Assembly (NCBI GenBank): GCA_033808695.1
Contig: JAPXND010000001.1
Location: 20,855 to 52,897 of the forward strand
Direction of reading: 5' to 3'
Length of the DNA: 32,043 nucleotides
Origin: Armatimonadota bacterium
GTDB taxonomy: Bacteria; Armatimonadota; UBA5829; DTJY01
How positions within the stretch are numbered: the stretch's first letter is position 1; every line of letters starts with the position of its first letter. Under the pieces are notes generated by a model, which had not been told where the DNA came from, made no database searches, and worked only from the letters and a program-made list of their open reading frames with translations. The translations under genes were made by a program, and so were the position numbers. Shown in pieces: positions 8,600 through 17,129 of the stretch.

Positions 8600-10468
8600 A
8601 TGGGTTTAATATTTTTAATGATCGTTATTGGTTTTGGTATGGTAGCAGCACCATGGTTTCTAGCAATTGACGGCATTGCCAAATTGATTTGGGCGGGCGC
8701 TGGAATTGTATTATTAGCCCTTGGATTTATATTCTGGGCATACTCTACACTATTCCAAAAAGCATCAGCAGAAGAAGCCATTGTAAGAACAGGCCGTGGC
8801 GGAAGCAGAGTAATAATCGATGGCGGAGTAATGGTATGGCCTTTTCTGCATAGAATAACAAGAGTATCGTTAAAGGTTATCAAATTAACTAGTGTAAGAG
8901 AAGGACCGGATGCTTTAATCACCAAGGACTATTTGCGGGCTGATGTTCATTCTGAGTTTTATATGAGAGTTGGAGCAACACCAGAGCAGGTTCTGAACGC
9001 TGCACGATCATTCGGTGATGAATCAGGGCGAGAAGATGCGATTGATACCAAGGTAGGAGACAAGCTGATTTCTGCACTAAGATCCGTTGCAGCAAAACAT
9101 GATCTTGCAGAGCTTCACAGCGACAGAGAGAGTTTTGCAAGCACTGTTCAGGATGTTGTCTCTAAGGAGATAGAACCCAACGGTCTTATACTTGAAACAG
9201 TTACAATATCCAGACTTGATCAAACTGACCCGTCACACTTAAATGATAACAATGTATTTGATGCTCAAGGCAAAAGAAAGATTACAGAAATTACAACAGC
9301 AGCGGCAGTTGCACGAAATATTTTGGATAGATCTGCTGAGCAGGCAATAACAGAGAAGGATGTTTTAACAAAAAAGAATGTTTTAACAATGCAGCAAGAC
9401 CAAGCATTTGCAGAAGCTGACCAAAAAATGCAAGTGAGTAAAGTGCAGGCAGAAAAACAGCGTGAAGCCGATGTATATCGCATTGAGCAGGAACGTCAAA
9501 CCGAGCAGGCGCAAATTCAGGCAGAGCAGTCTGTACGTCAGACAGATATAGCCAAAGAACAAGCAATTCAGACCACCGAGGTAGAGAAAATAAGGGCTGT
9601 TGAAGTCGCAACAAGAGATCAACAGATAGCAATAGCACAAAAGGAAGCTGAAAGAGCTGCCGCTGAAAAATTGAGATTTGAATCTGAAGCTGCACGCGAA
9701 ACTGCAAACCAGGCTGTAAAAACAGTTGAAGTTGTTGCAGGTGCCGAACGAGAAGCAAAACAGAAACTGATTGGCGCTGAGAATGAGGCAATGCAGTCAT
9801 TGGTAAGAAAGCAGAGAGAGGCAGACTCAATTGCATATCAAAAACAAAAAGAGGCTGAAGGCGAACTTCTTGCAGCCGAGAACAGTGCAAAAGCTACTTT
9901 GACTTTAGCAGAAGCTGAATCAGAAGCTAAAACCAAGCTGGCAGAGGGTGAACGGTCAATACAGGTTGTTCCGGTTTTGGTTGCTGCTGAACAGGTGGAA
10001 GTTGCAAGAAAGCAGATGGAAGTCGATAAGGCTATAGCAGAATTTAAACAGCAATTTGAGAAATCGTCTATTGAATTTGAGTTGAGTAAGCTTGAAGTAA
10101 ATGCCAAAAAGGAAGTGCAGATTGCACTTGCAAATGCAATAGGAAACTTTACGCAAAAAGGCAACTATACTGTTTACGGAACACCTGATACAATGGCTGA
10201 TATGCTTGAGAAACTGAGCAAAGGGCTTGGAGTTGGAGCATTTCTGGACGGTGTAGGCAAGAGTATGTTCGGAGCGACAGATGACGGACATGACAGAAAA
10301 CCGAGCGACACTGTGGATGATCTTGCAGACATGCTGGGCGCTGTTGTAAAAAAGGTAACAGGGAAGAATATAAACATCTCTGATGACATGGCACAGCAGA
10401 TTGCTTCATTGCTGAAATCATATGTTCCGATGGAGGAAGATGACAGCAGCAATACCGAAGAAGCTTAG
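8600..10468 (+). CDS. Flotillin-like SPFH/band-7 protein (YqiK-like)
   Basis: The 622-aa protein has an N-terminal membrane anchor, an SPFH core (RVIIDGGVMVWPFLHRITRVSLKVIKL...ALITKDYLRADV) and a long Ala/Glu/Gln-rich coiled-coil, which is typical flotillin architecture. Confidence 0.85.
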   Translation: MGLIFLMIVIGFGMVAAPWFLAIDGIAKLIWAGAGIVLLALGFIFWAYSTLFQKASAEEAIVRTGRGGSRVIIDGGVMVWPFLHRITRVSLKVIKLTSVREGPDALITKDYLRADVHSEFYMRVGATPEQVLNAARSFGDESGREDAIDTKVGDKLISALRSVAAKHDLAELHSDRESFASTVQDVVSKEIEPNGLILETVTISRLDQTDPSHLNDNNVFDAQGKRKITEITTAAAVARNILDRSAEQAITEKDVLTKKNVLTMQQDQAFAEADQKMQVSKVQAEKQREADVYRIEQERQTEQAQIQAEQSVRQTDIAKEQAIQTTEVEKIRAVEVATRDQQIAIAQKEAERAAAEKLRFESEAARETANQAVKTVEVVAGAEREAKQKLIGAENEAMQSLVRKQREADSIAYQKQKEAEGELLAAENSAKATLTLAEAESEAKTKLAEGERSIQVVPVLVAAEQVEVARKQMEVDKAIAEFKQQFEKSSIEFELSKLEVNAKKEVQIALANAIGNFTQKGNYTVYGTPDTMADMLEKLSKGLGVGAFLDGVGKSMFGATDDGHDRKPSDTVDDLADMLGAVVKKVTGKNINISDDMAQQIASLLKSYVPMEEDDSSNTEEA

Positions 10469-10494
10469 TGCAAAAAAATAATCTGTAATATTTA

Positions 10495-10522
10495 GAGGAG
10501 ACGCTTTAATATGCGCCTCCTC
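10495..10522 (+). terminator. Imperfect hairpin downstream of the flotillin gene (GAGGAGaCGC-N8-GCGcCTCCTC), a weak terminator or attenuator candidate
   Basis: The inverted repeat is read directly. It has one mismatch and is not followed by a clear T-run. Confidence 0.25.
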
Positions 10523-10550
10523 ATACAGTTAAAATGAGGGTAAATTATAA

Positions 10551-10877
10551 ATGGAACCATTTGTTAGCTTTATACCGTTTGATGAAGTATTTTCCGATAT
10601 CATAGTTGTTTGCTGCTCTGATGGAAGGGTGCTTATGCAAACGGTTGATTTTCTTAACAGCAGGAATATTAATGCAGATATATATGCTGTTCCCGGCGGT
10701 CCGCTGATTTTCGCTAAGATGGTTGAAACATTCCAGGATTCATCAATCGCAAAAAAGAGGTTAGACTTTCTTGTAGATCAGCATAAAACGTCAAGAATCA
10801 TACTTATAGGGCATGGAAGCGATGATGAAGCAGGACAATGCGGAATGGCAATATTTACAGCCGGCAGAAAGATCTAA
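10551..10877 (+). CDS. Small protein with a beta-carbonic-anhydrase-like metal motif (CCSDGR ... GHGSDDEAGQCG); possibly frameshifted, with a continuation in the +1 frame (10813..10998)
   Basis: A GAGGG Shine-Dalgarno precedes the ATG. The CxDxR motif matches the beta-CA Zn site, but the His-to-Cys spacing is atypical. The 108-aa ORF overlaps a +1-frame 61-aa ORF by 65 nt with no intervening intergenic space. Confidence 0.35.
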   Translation: MEPFVSFIPFDEVFSDIIVVCCSDGRVLMQTVDFLNSRNINADIYAVPGGPLIFAKMVETFQDSSIAKKRLDFLVDQHKTSRIILIGHGSDDEAGQCGMAIFTAGRKI

Positions 10878-11032
10878 AAAACAGAGGGAACTATTATCGG
10901 CAGTAAAGCAAAAAATCGCTGATATCACATCATTGCCCACTGAAGCATATTACGCAAACACAATAGATGACATGATACAGTTTGAAGAGATAGAGTAGTT
11001 GTATCATGTCATACAGCTATGATTTCTTAAGC

Positions 11033-12412
11033 TTATGCTTTTTTTACTTTGGGGCCTTCAGGAGTATCCTCAATAAGATATCCTGCTGAGATGATTTCAT
11101 CACGGATGCGATCAGCAGCAGCAAAATCTCTTGACTTGCGGGCAGTTTGTCTTTCCTCAAGCAATGCAAGGATCTCTAATGGAATATCGGCTGCCTTGTC
11201 AGAGACATGGTCAGCCAGCTTTAATCCAAGAACACGATCCATATCCAGCATAGCTTCGTATACTTCTTTGCCGCCGGCGCCGTGGATGTTAACATCCTTT
11301 ATCAGCCCAAAAACAGCTGCAAGGGCAACAGGTGTATTGAGGTCATCATCCATTGCATCCCTAAATGCCTCAACTGCATGCTTAACAGCGTCATCCATTC
11401 CTGACGGATTGTGGATATCGAGACGGCTCATGAAATCGTATAAGCCCTCGATAGCTGATTTAGCAGCATCCATTGCCTGCCATGTGAAATTGAGTTTAGT
11501 TCTATAATGGGCTCCAAGGACAAAGTATCTGAATACCATCGGATCGTATCCTTTGGCAACTATATCTCTTAGTGTGTAGAAATTGCCAAGTGATTTGCTC
11601 ATTTTGCGTCCATCTACCTGAAGGTGTTCGGAGTGCATCCAGTAGTGAACAAACTTCTTTCCGGTAAAACTTTCTGATTGGGCAATTTCATTTTCATGAT
11701 GCGGGAATATATTATCTACACCGCCGGTGTGGATATCAAAAGTATCTCCAAGATATTTCCTGCTCATGGATGAGCATTCTATATGCCATCCGGGTCTGCC
11801 TTTGCCAAGCTCGGTTTCCCAGTGCACATCTCCATCATTTGCATCCCAAGCTTTCCAGAGAGCAAAATCAGAAACCTGTGCTTTTTCATATTCATCCGAT
11901 TTTATGCGATTTCCAGCTTTCAGTTCATCTATACGAAAATGTGAGAGTCTTCCGTATCCGGCAAATTTGTCTATATTGAAATAAATTGAACCATCATCAA
12001 CTTTATAAGCTATTCCCTTGTCAAGAAGAGATTTTATTATCTCCACCATCTCATTTATATGCTGTGTTGCACGAGGATAAAAGTCAGCCGGCTTTACATT
12101 CAGCAAGTCCCTATCATCATAGAAGGCTTGAATGTATTTCGCAGTGTAGTCATCAAGTTTGACTTTATTGGATATAGCTCCCTGTATCGTTTTGTCATCA
12201 ACATCAGTTATATTCATAACTTGTGTTACCTTATATCCACTATATTCAAGATGACGACGGAGAATATCCTCAAAAATATATGTACGCCAGTTGCCTATAT
12301 GAGCGTAATCATACACAGTGGGACCGCATGTATATAATCCGACTGTGTTGCCTTCAAAAGGAACAAACGCATTTTTCTCTCGAGATAATGTGTTGTAGAA
12401 TTTGATTGCCAT
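11033..12412 (-). CDS. cysS: Cysteine--tRNA ligase
   Basis: The 459-aa protein carries the HIGN motif (YDYAHIGNWRTY), the KMSKS motif (RKMSKSLGN) and the conserved class-I CysRS N-terminus (CGPTVYD). Confidence 0.95.
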   Translation of the reverse strand: MAIKFYNTLSREKNAFVPFEGNTVGLYTCGPTVYDYAHIGNWRTYIFEDILRRHLEYSGYKVTQVMNITDVDDKTIQGAISNKVKLDDYTAKYIQAFYDDRDLLNVKPADFYPRATQHINEMVEIIKSLLDKGIAYKVDDGSIYFNIDKFAGYGRLSHFRIDELKAGNRIKSDEYEKAQVSDFALWKAWDANDGDVHWETELGKGRPGWHIECSSMSRKYLGDTFDIHTGGVDNIFPHHENEIAQSESFTGKKFVHYWMHSEHLQVDGRKMSKSLGNFYTLRDIVAKGYDPMVFRYFVLGAHYRTKLNFTWQAMDAAKSAIEGLYDFMSRLDIHNPSGMDDAVKHAVEAFRDAMDDDLNTPVALAAVFGLIKDVNIHGAGGKEVYEAMLDMDRVLGLKLADHVSDKAADIPLEILALLEERQTARKSRDFAAADRIRDEIISAGYLIEDTPEGPKVKKA

Positions 12413-12451
12413 ATATTCCTCACAAATTTTGATTTTGATACACTTTGATTT

Positions 12452-13297
12452 CTATTTACTGTTTTTTAAAATTGTATTATCTATTAGCCGTGTTTTACCA
12501 ATTTTGACCGCAAGAGCCAGTAATGCTGTATCTTTAACCTCTATTATACCATTAAGTGACTTGTCATCTACAATACTAACATAGTCTATATTTGCTAATG
12601 GCTCAGCAAGAATGAAATTTTCTACCTTTGATTTCAAATCTTCAGCAGAATTGTATCCCTGATTCAATTGTTGTTGTGCATATTCAAGTGATTTGCTTAA
12701 TACCAAAGCTGCTTTTCTCTCTTCAGCATTTAGGTAGGTATTGCGAGATGACATTGCAAGCCCATCCGGTTCACGATATGTAGGCATTGGAACGATTTCT
12801 GTTGGGATATTTAAATCTTTAACCATTTGTTGAACTACTCGCAGCTGCTGGTAGTCCTTCATACCGAAGTAAGCATGTGATGGCTGCACAATGTTGAACA
12901 GTTTTGTTAAAACAGTTGCAACACCACGAAAATGCCCCAGTCTGGATGCACCGCACAATGAATCTGTAATGTTCAGCACATCTATATAAGTGCAGTAATC
13001 ATTTGGATACATCTCTGATGCATCTGGGGTGAATATTATATCTACGCCTGTATCCTCTGCCATTTTAGCATCTCTATCTATATCTCTTGGGTATGATTTA
13101 AGATCCTCTTTGGGCCCAAACTGGATAGGATTGACGAATAAACTAACTACTACAATATCATTATCTATGCGCGCTTGTTTCATAAGTGACAGATGTCCAT
13201 CATGGAAATAACCCATAGTGGGCACTAATCCTATGGAGGCATTGGTTTTGTTGCTTATATATGAACGCATTTCGTTAATTGATGTTATTATTTTCAT
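12452..13297 (-). CDS. panC: Pantoate--beta-alanine ligase
   Basis: The 281-aa protein has characteristic PanC motifs (VPTMGYFHDGHLSLM; FGPKEDLKSYPRD; MSSRN). Confidence 0.95.
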   Translation of the reverse strand: MKIITSINEMRSYISNKTNASIGLVPTMGYFHDGHLSLMKQARIDNDIVVVSLFVNPIQFGPKEDLKSYPRDIDRDAKMAEDTGVDIIFTPDASEMYPNDYCTYIDVLNITDSLCGASRLGHFRGVATVLTKLFNIVQPSHAYFGMKDYQQLRVVQQMVKDLNIPTEIVPMPTYREPDGLAMSSRNTYLNAEERKAALVLSKSLEYAQQQLNQGYNSAEDLKSKVENFILAEPLANIDYVSIVDDKSLNGIIEVKDTALLALAVKIGKTRLIDNTILKNSK

Positions 13298-13306
13298 TGC
13301 ATACTC

Positions 13307-14110
13307 TTAAAAACTGTTCTCATCTGCTGGAAATATACCCTGTGAAACATCGGATTTAAACTGTTTGAAGGCATCTGTAATTTCATCAGCAATGTTTTTG
13401 TATCTTTTGGCATGTTTTGGCTTGAAATCACTTAACAGACCAAGTATGTCGTGCGATACCTGCACCTGACCATCGCAATGGATGCCTGCACCAATTCCGA
13501 GTGTTGGAACATCCACGGCCTCTGTAATTCTTTTTGCCAGCTCTGCCGGTATAAGCTCTAACACTATGGAGAAAACGCCTGCATCTTCCAATGCCTTTGC
13601 ATCGGCAATCATCTTTTTGGCATCGGCTTCACTTCTTCCCTGAATCCGGTTTCCACCCAGCTTGAAGTACGACTGGGGTGTAAATCCTATATGTCCCATT
13701 ACCGGAATACCTGCATCTACTATCTTTTTGATTGTAGGCGCTATCTCCTGTCCGCCTTCAAGCTTTACAGAATGAGCATTCCCTTCCTGCATAAGTCTTC
13801 CGGCATTTATCAAGGCAAGATCTGAATTCACCTGATATGTCATGAACGGCATATCTGCAAGAATAAGGGCATATTCTATGCCTCTTGCAACTGCTTTGGT
13901 GTGATGTATAACATCATCCAAAGTTACCTGTAATGTGGTATTGTAACCTAAAACAACCTGACCGAGTGAATCACCTATAAGCACAATATCAATCTCAGCT
14001 GCATCAAGGCATTTAGCAGTTGTATAATCATAGGCGGTAATAAGCGTGATTTTCTCTTCAGCCTGCTTTTTATCAAATAACCGCTTAACTGTCATTCGTT
14101 TCCTATCCAT
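13307..14110 (-). CDS. panB: 3-methyl-2-oxobutanoate hydroxymethyltransferase
   Basis: The 267-aa protein has the PanB signature (ITAYDYTTAKCLDAAEIDIVLIGDSLG) and lies next to panC. Confidence 0.95.
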   Translation of the reverse strand: MDRKRMTVKRLFDKKQAEEKITLITAYDYTTAKCLDAAEIDIVLIGDSLGQVVLGYNTTLQVTLDDVIHHTKAVARGIEYALILADMPFMTYQVNSDLALINAGRLMQEGNAHSVKLEGGQEIAPTIKKIVDAGIPVMGHIGFTPQSYFKLGGNRIQGRSEADAKKMIADAKALEDAGVFSIVLELIPAELAKRITEAVDVPTLGIGAGIHCDGQVQVSHDILGLLSDFKPKHAKRYKNIADEITDAFKQFKSDVSQGIFPADENSF

Positions 14111-14126
14111 TTATTCCTCCTAATAT

Positions 14127-15275
14127 CTACCAAGTTGGACGGAACACATCACCAAGCATCCATCCGCATAGCGCACCCGGGAAAATAACATTTCCGCCAT
14201 ATGCTATGACCTGTAAAGAGCTTGGGGTATACGCAATTTCACAAATGATGCTGCATACAAAAACTGTTGTAAATACAGTAAAGACAGATTTAGATATGCT
14301 GTCCTGCGTAAGCCCTACTACAATGTAAATAATAGCTGCAAGGTAAAAGCTAAATATATTGAATATTAGTAGAAGCAATCCTATCGGATAGCTTGATGGA
14401 ATTCTACCCGGAGTTTTTACTCCCTGAAAGAAAAGCTCTTCATCCATTGGATTGATCTTATTAATCAGACTCAGTATTATACCTGCAAGCGCTCCTATTA
14501 TAAACATTGATACTATTAAGTTTACACTCCAAGTGCTTATAAAGGCAAAATCAGTTTTTAACCAAGGTATAGGTTCACCCGGAAAGTAAGCAAGTCTAAG
14601 TATCATACCAAGAATTAATGCAGCAAACATGAAAACAATGACTTGCTTAGAGATTGACAGCTTTTCGGTGTATCCATACTGCTCAGACATTTGGTGTCTT
14701 GCTACTCTGTCCAGCTTGCTTTGAACATCATGGTTAGTTGGATCCAGCTGCAGAGCAACTGTATACATTGAGATTGCCTGCTCGTTAAATCCTTGTATTC
14801 TATATATGTCGCCAAGAATAATGTAGGCTCTGACATTATTGGCATTCAATTTTATTGCAGCATTGCAGGCAGATATAGCCTGTTTGAATTTATGACTGAT
14901 AAATGCCAGTTCCGCTTCTTTTACTTTAGCTCTTGCCCCTTCTATATCATAAATCTTTTTTGATGTTTGTGTATATGTTTTTTGCTGGGACGATGTCTGC
15001 TGGCATTCTTTTTTCTTTCTATAAGCCGATTGAACCTGTGACTGATAGTTTAGAAACTCTCTGTCTAGTGATGCATCATATATCATCCGTTTGTCGGGAT
15101 CACTTAAGGTTCTATATGCATTGCTTATTTCTATAAACTGTTTGCTTGATGCTTCCTTATCTGCTTGAACATCAGGATGGTATATTCTTGCAAGTTGTCT
15201 ATAGCGTTTTTTTATTTGATCAGCAGTTGCCAATCTGGAAAGACCAAGTATCTGGTAATAATTCTTCTCAGACAT
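14127..15275 (-). CDS. J-domain (DnaJ-like) protein with a TPR region and a C-terminal polytopic membrane domain
   Basis: The N-terminal J-domain has the HPD motif (YYQILGL...YRQLARIYHPDV...AYRTLSDPDKR). A TPR-like segment follows (AIKLNANNVRAYIILGDIYRIQGFNEQAISMYTVALQLDP), and then at least four hydrophobic helices. Confidence 0.8.
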   Translation of the reverse strand: MSEKNYYQILGLSRLATADQIKKRYRQLARIYHPDVQADKEASSKQFIEISNAYRTLSDPDKRMIYDASLDREFLNYQSQVQSAYRKKKECQQTSSQQKTYTQTSKKIYDIEGARAKVKEAELAFISHKFKQAISACNAAIKLNANNVRAYIILGDIYRIQGFNEQAISMYTVALQLDPTNHDVQSKLDRVARHQMSEQYGYTEKLSISKQVIVFMFAALILGMILRLAYFPGEPIPWLKTDFAFISTWSVNLIVSMFIIGALAGIILSLINKINPMDEELFFQGVKTPGRIPSSYPIGLLLLIFNIFSFYLAAIIYIVVGLTQDSISKSVFTVFTTVFVCSIICEIAYTPSSLQVIAYGGNVIFPGALCGWMLGDVFRPTW

Positions 15276-15280
15276 TCATA

Positions 15281-16453
15281 CTATTCCGTTGTTAATATTT
15301 TATTATACATCCCACTGTATGTTGATATTACAAAAAATCCAATATAAATAGCAATTATAAGAAATAAGATTATAGGCAATACTATTATGAGTTTATTTAT
15401 TGCTACATTGGCTTCAGATTCGGTATAATCCGCCATTTTTTCCAAAGTTTGATCTATATTGCCGGTTCTCATACCAACATTCATCATATCAATGGCTGTG
15501 GAAGGAAAGACTTCTGTTTTCGCAAAAGATTCGGGGATAGATTTGCCTTCCTTCAATAATGGAACAGCGCTGTTGATTTTATTCTCATAGTATTTATTGC
15601 CAGTAGTGCTGACCGCATAACCAACTGCCATTATAGGAGATATCCCTGCTGCGTATAGTATCGCAAATGAGCGATAGAATCTGGACAAAGCAATGGATTT
15701 AAGAATTTTGCCATAATACGGTATATAAAGCTGGATAAAATCAAAAACATAACTATAAGATTTAAACTGCATTAAAAATTTGTGAATTATCCAAATAACC
15801 AGAATAAAGATAAAGAGCAGCATTAACCCAGAAAGATTTCTTATAAAATCACCAAATCCCTTTAATATGAGAGTGGGTATTTGCGGAATTAGAATAGCGC
15901 CTGCAACAAGAATTTTTGGATATAGGGTTGCCATTTTAATACGCTGCTTGGTTCTGCGTTCTGATTCAGCATTTTCAGCAATTCTTTCAAGCATTTCATC
16001 AAGGTTTCCAGAGATTTCCCCTGCTCTAATCAGATGTAAATGCATAGGCTTAAACACCCATGGATACTTTGTCAGAGTATCACTAAATGTGCTTCCGCTC
16101 ATGATTTCATTTGCTGATTGAGTAGATATATGCTTTAGGGTTGAATTGCTTCCAAAATTTGCCAACGACTGTAATGACTGCAAAACTGTCATACCCGACT
16201 TTATCATGACAGCAAATTGACGATAATAAGCAGCAATTTCATCAATGCTTACACCATAAAACAATGGTTTGGATATAGAGTTAAGGAAACCTGATATAGG
16301 ATTTTCCTGATGGACTTGTTCAGCGATGGGTTGTATATCTATAACAAATAAACCTTTGAGCCGCAAATCGGATACTGCACTGCTTATATCATCAGATTCT
16401 ATGCTGCCTGTAACTATATTTCCGGACTTATCTTTGGCTTTATATGAAAACAT
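15281..16453 (-). CDS. Type II secretion / type IV pilus platform protein (GspF/PilC family)
   Basis: The 390-aa protein has the typical N-terminus (FSYKAKDKSGNIVTGSIESDDISSAVSDLRLKGLFVIDI) and two T2SSF-type repeats with three transmembrane segments. No cognate ATPase or pilin gene is visible in the window. Confidence 0.8.
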   Translation of the reverse strand: MFSYKAKDKSGNIVTGSIESDDISSAVSDLRLKGLFVIDIQPIAEQVHQENPISGFLNSISKPLFYGVSIDEIAAYYRQFAVMIKSGMTVLQSLQSLANFGSNSTLKHISTQSANEIMSGSTFSDTLTKYPWVFKPMHLHLIRAGEISGNLDEMLERIAENAESERRTKQRIKMATLYPKILVAGAILIPQIPTLILKGFGDFIRNLSGLMLLFIFILVIWIIHKFLMQFKSYSYVFDFIQLYIPYYGKILKSIALSRFYRSFAILYAAGISPIMAVGYAVSTTGNKYYENKINSAVPLLKEGKSIPESFAKTEVFPSTAIDMMNVGMRTGNIDQTLEKMADYTESEANVAINKLIIVLPIILFLIIAIYIGFFVISTYSGMYNKILTTE

Positions 16454-16499
16454 AACAGACCTCTCAATGGTTGATATACTCTGTTAGACAATCAATAAG

Positions 16500-16979
16500 T
16501 CAAATTGTTTTATTTATTCTGCAATTCTTTTGCAGAATATTTGATATTTCTATAACCGACTTATTATTTATAATAAGCTTGGGCTCTATTTCTGCTAACG
16601 GAACCATTACAAATGCACGTTCTGTCATTAATGGATGAGGTATTTTGAGATTATTGGTATCAATATTAAGATTATCATACAGTAGGATATCAATATCAAT
16701 AATCCTTGGCCCCCATCTTTCTGCTCTTACTCTCCCCATAAGCTTCTCTATATCAAGCAAATATTCCAGGAGCGTGTGCGGATTGATGTTTGTTTCGATT
16801 TTTACAGCACAGTTCATGAAATCCGGCTGATCAGTTTTGCCTATAGGATTTGTATTATAAAGAGATGATATTTTGATGACTTTTACACCATCCATGGTAT
16901 TGATCTGGTCAATAGCATTCATGATGTTAGCTTTTCGATCGCCTATATTTGATCCAAGGCTGAGATAAACGCTTGCCAA
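16500..16979 (-). CDS. folK: 2-amino-4-hydroxy-6-hydroxymethyldihydropteridine pyrophosphokinase (HPPK)
   Basis: The protein begins VYLSLGSNIGD and contains RWGPRIIDIDILLY and PHPLMTERAFVMVPLAEI. A TTG start at 16979 after GGGAG gives a 159-aa protein; the non-conserved ATG extension to 17057 was rejected. Confidence 0.9.
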   Translation of the reverse strand: MASVYLSLGSNIGDRKANIMNAIDQINTMDGVKVIKISSLYNTNPIGKTDQPDFMNCAVKIETNINPHTLLEYLLDIEKLMGRVRAERWGPRIIDIDILLYDNLNIDTNNLKIPHPLMTERAFVMVPLAEIEPKLIINNKSVIEISNILQKNCRINKTI

Positions 16980-17129
16980 TGATCTCCCTCTATAATACAA
17001 TAAACATAATTTGCAATAAAAATGCGTATATATAGCTGCTAATGGAGAATTTAACAAATAATTATAACGAATTTATCACATAATTGTCTATGAATTGTAA
17101 ATTTTGCAAGTGTAGATAATGAGGAAAAC

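Noticed and set aside
8919-10452. Several minus-strand ORFs (up to 199 aa, Leu/Gln/Ser-rich) inside the flotillin gene
   Set aside because: They are antisense to the Ala/Glu/Gln-rich coiled-coil region, where repetitive GCn/GAn codons suppress stop codons on the opposite strand. There is no independent support for them.
10813-10998. 61-aa ORF as an independent gene
   Set aside because: It has no Shine-Dalgarno of its own, starts inside the preceding ORF and overlaps it by 65 nt. A frameshifted continuation is more likely (see findings). It was therefore not listed as a separate CDS.
12413-12451. T-box or other leader upstream of cysS
   Set aside because: Only 39 nt separate the panC stop from the cysS start, which is far too short for a T-box riboswitch. 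cysS appears to be co-transcribed with panBC.
16980-17057. ATG-initiated N-terminal extension of folK (MLNSPLAAIYTHFYCKLCLLYYRGRS...)
   Set aside because: HPPK proteins begin at the V-Y-I/L-x-LGSN motif. A TTG at 16979 with an upstream GGGAG gives the canonical 159-aa protein, and the extension looks like translated promoter sequence.
17058-17129. tRNA-Sec or SECIS element near selB
   Set aside because: The flanking intergenic regions are only 72-80 nt, AT-rich and without cloverleaf-compatible complementarity. No in-frame TGA-interrupted gene was seen in the window.
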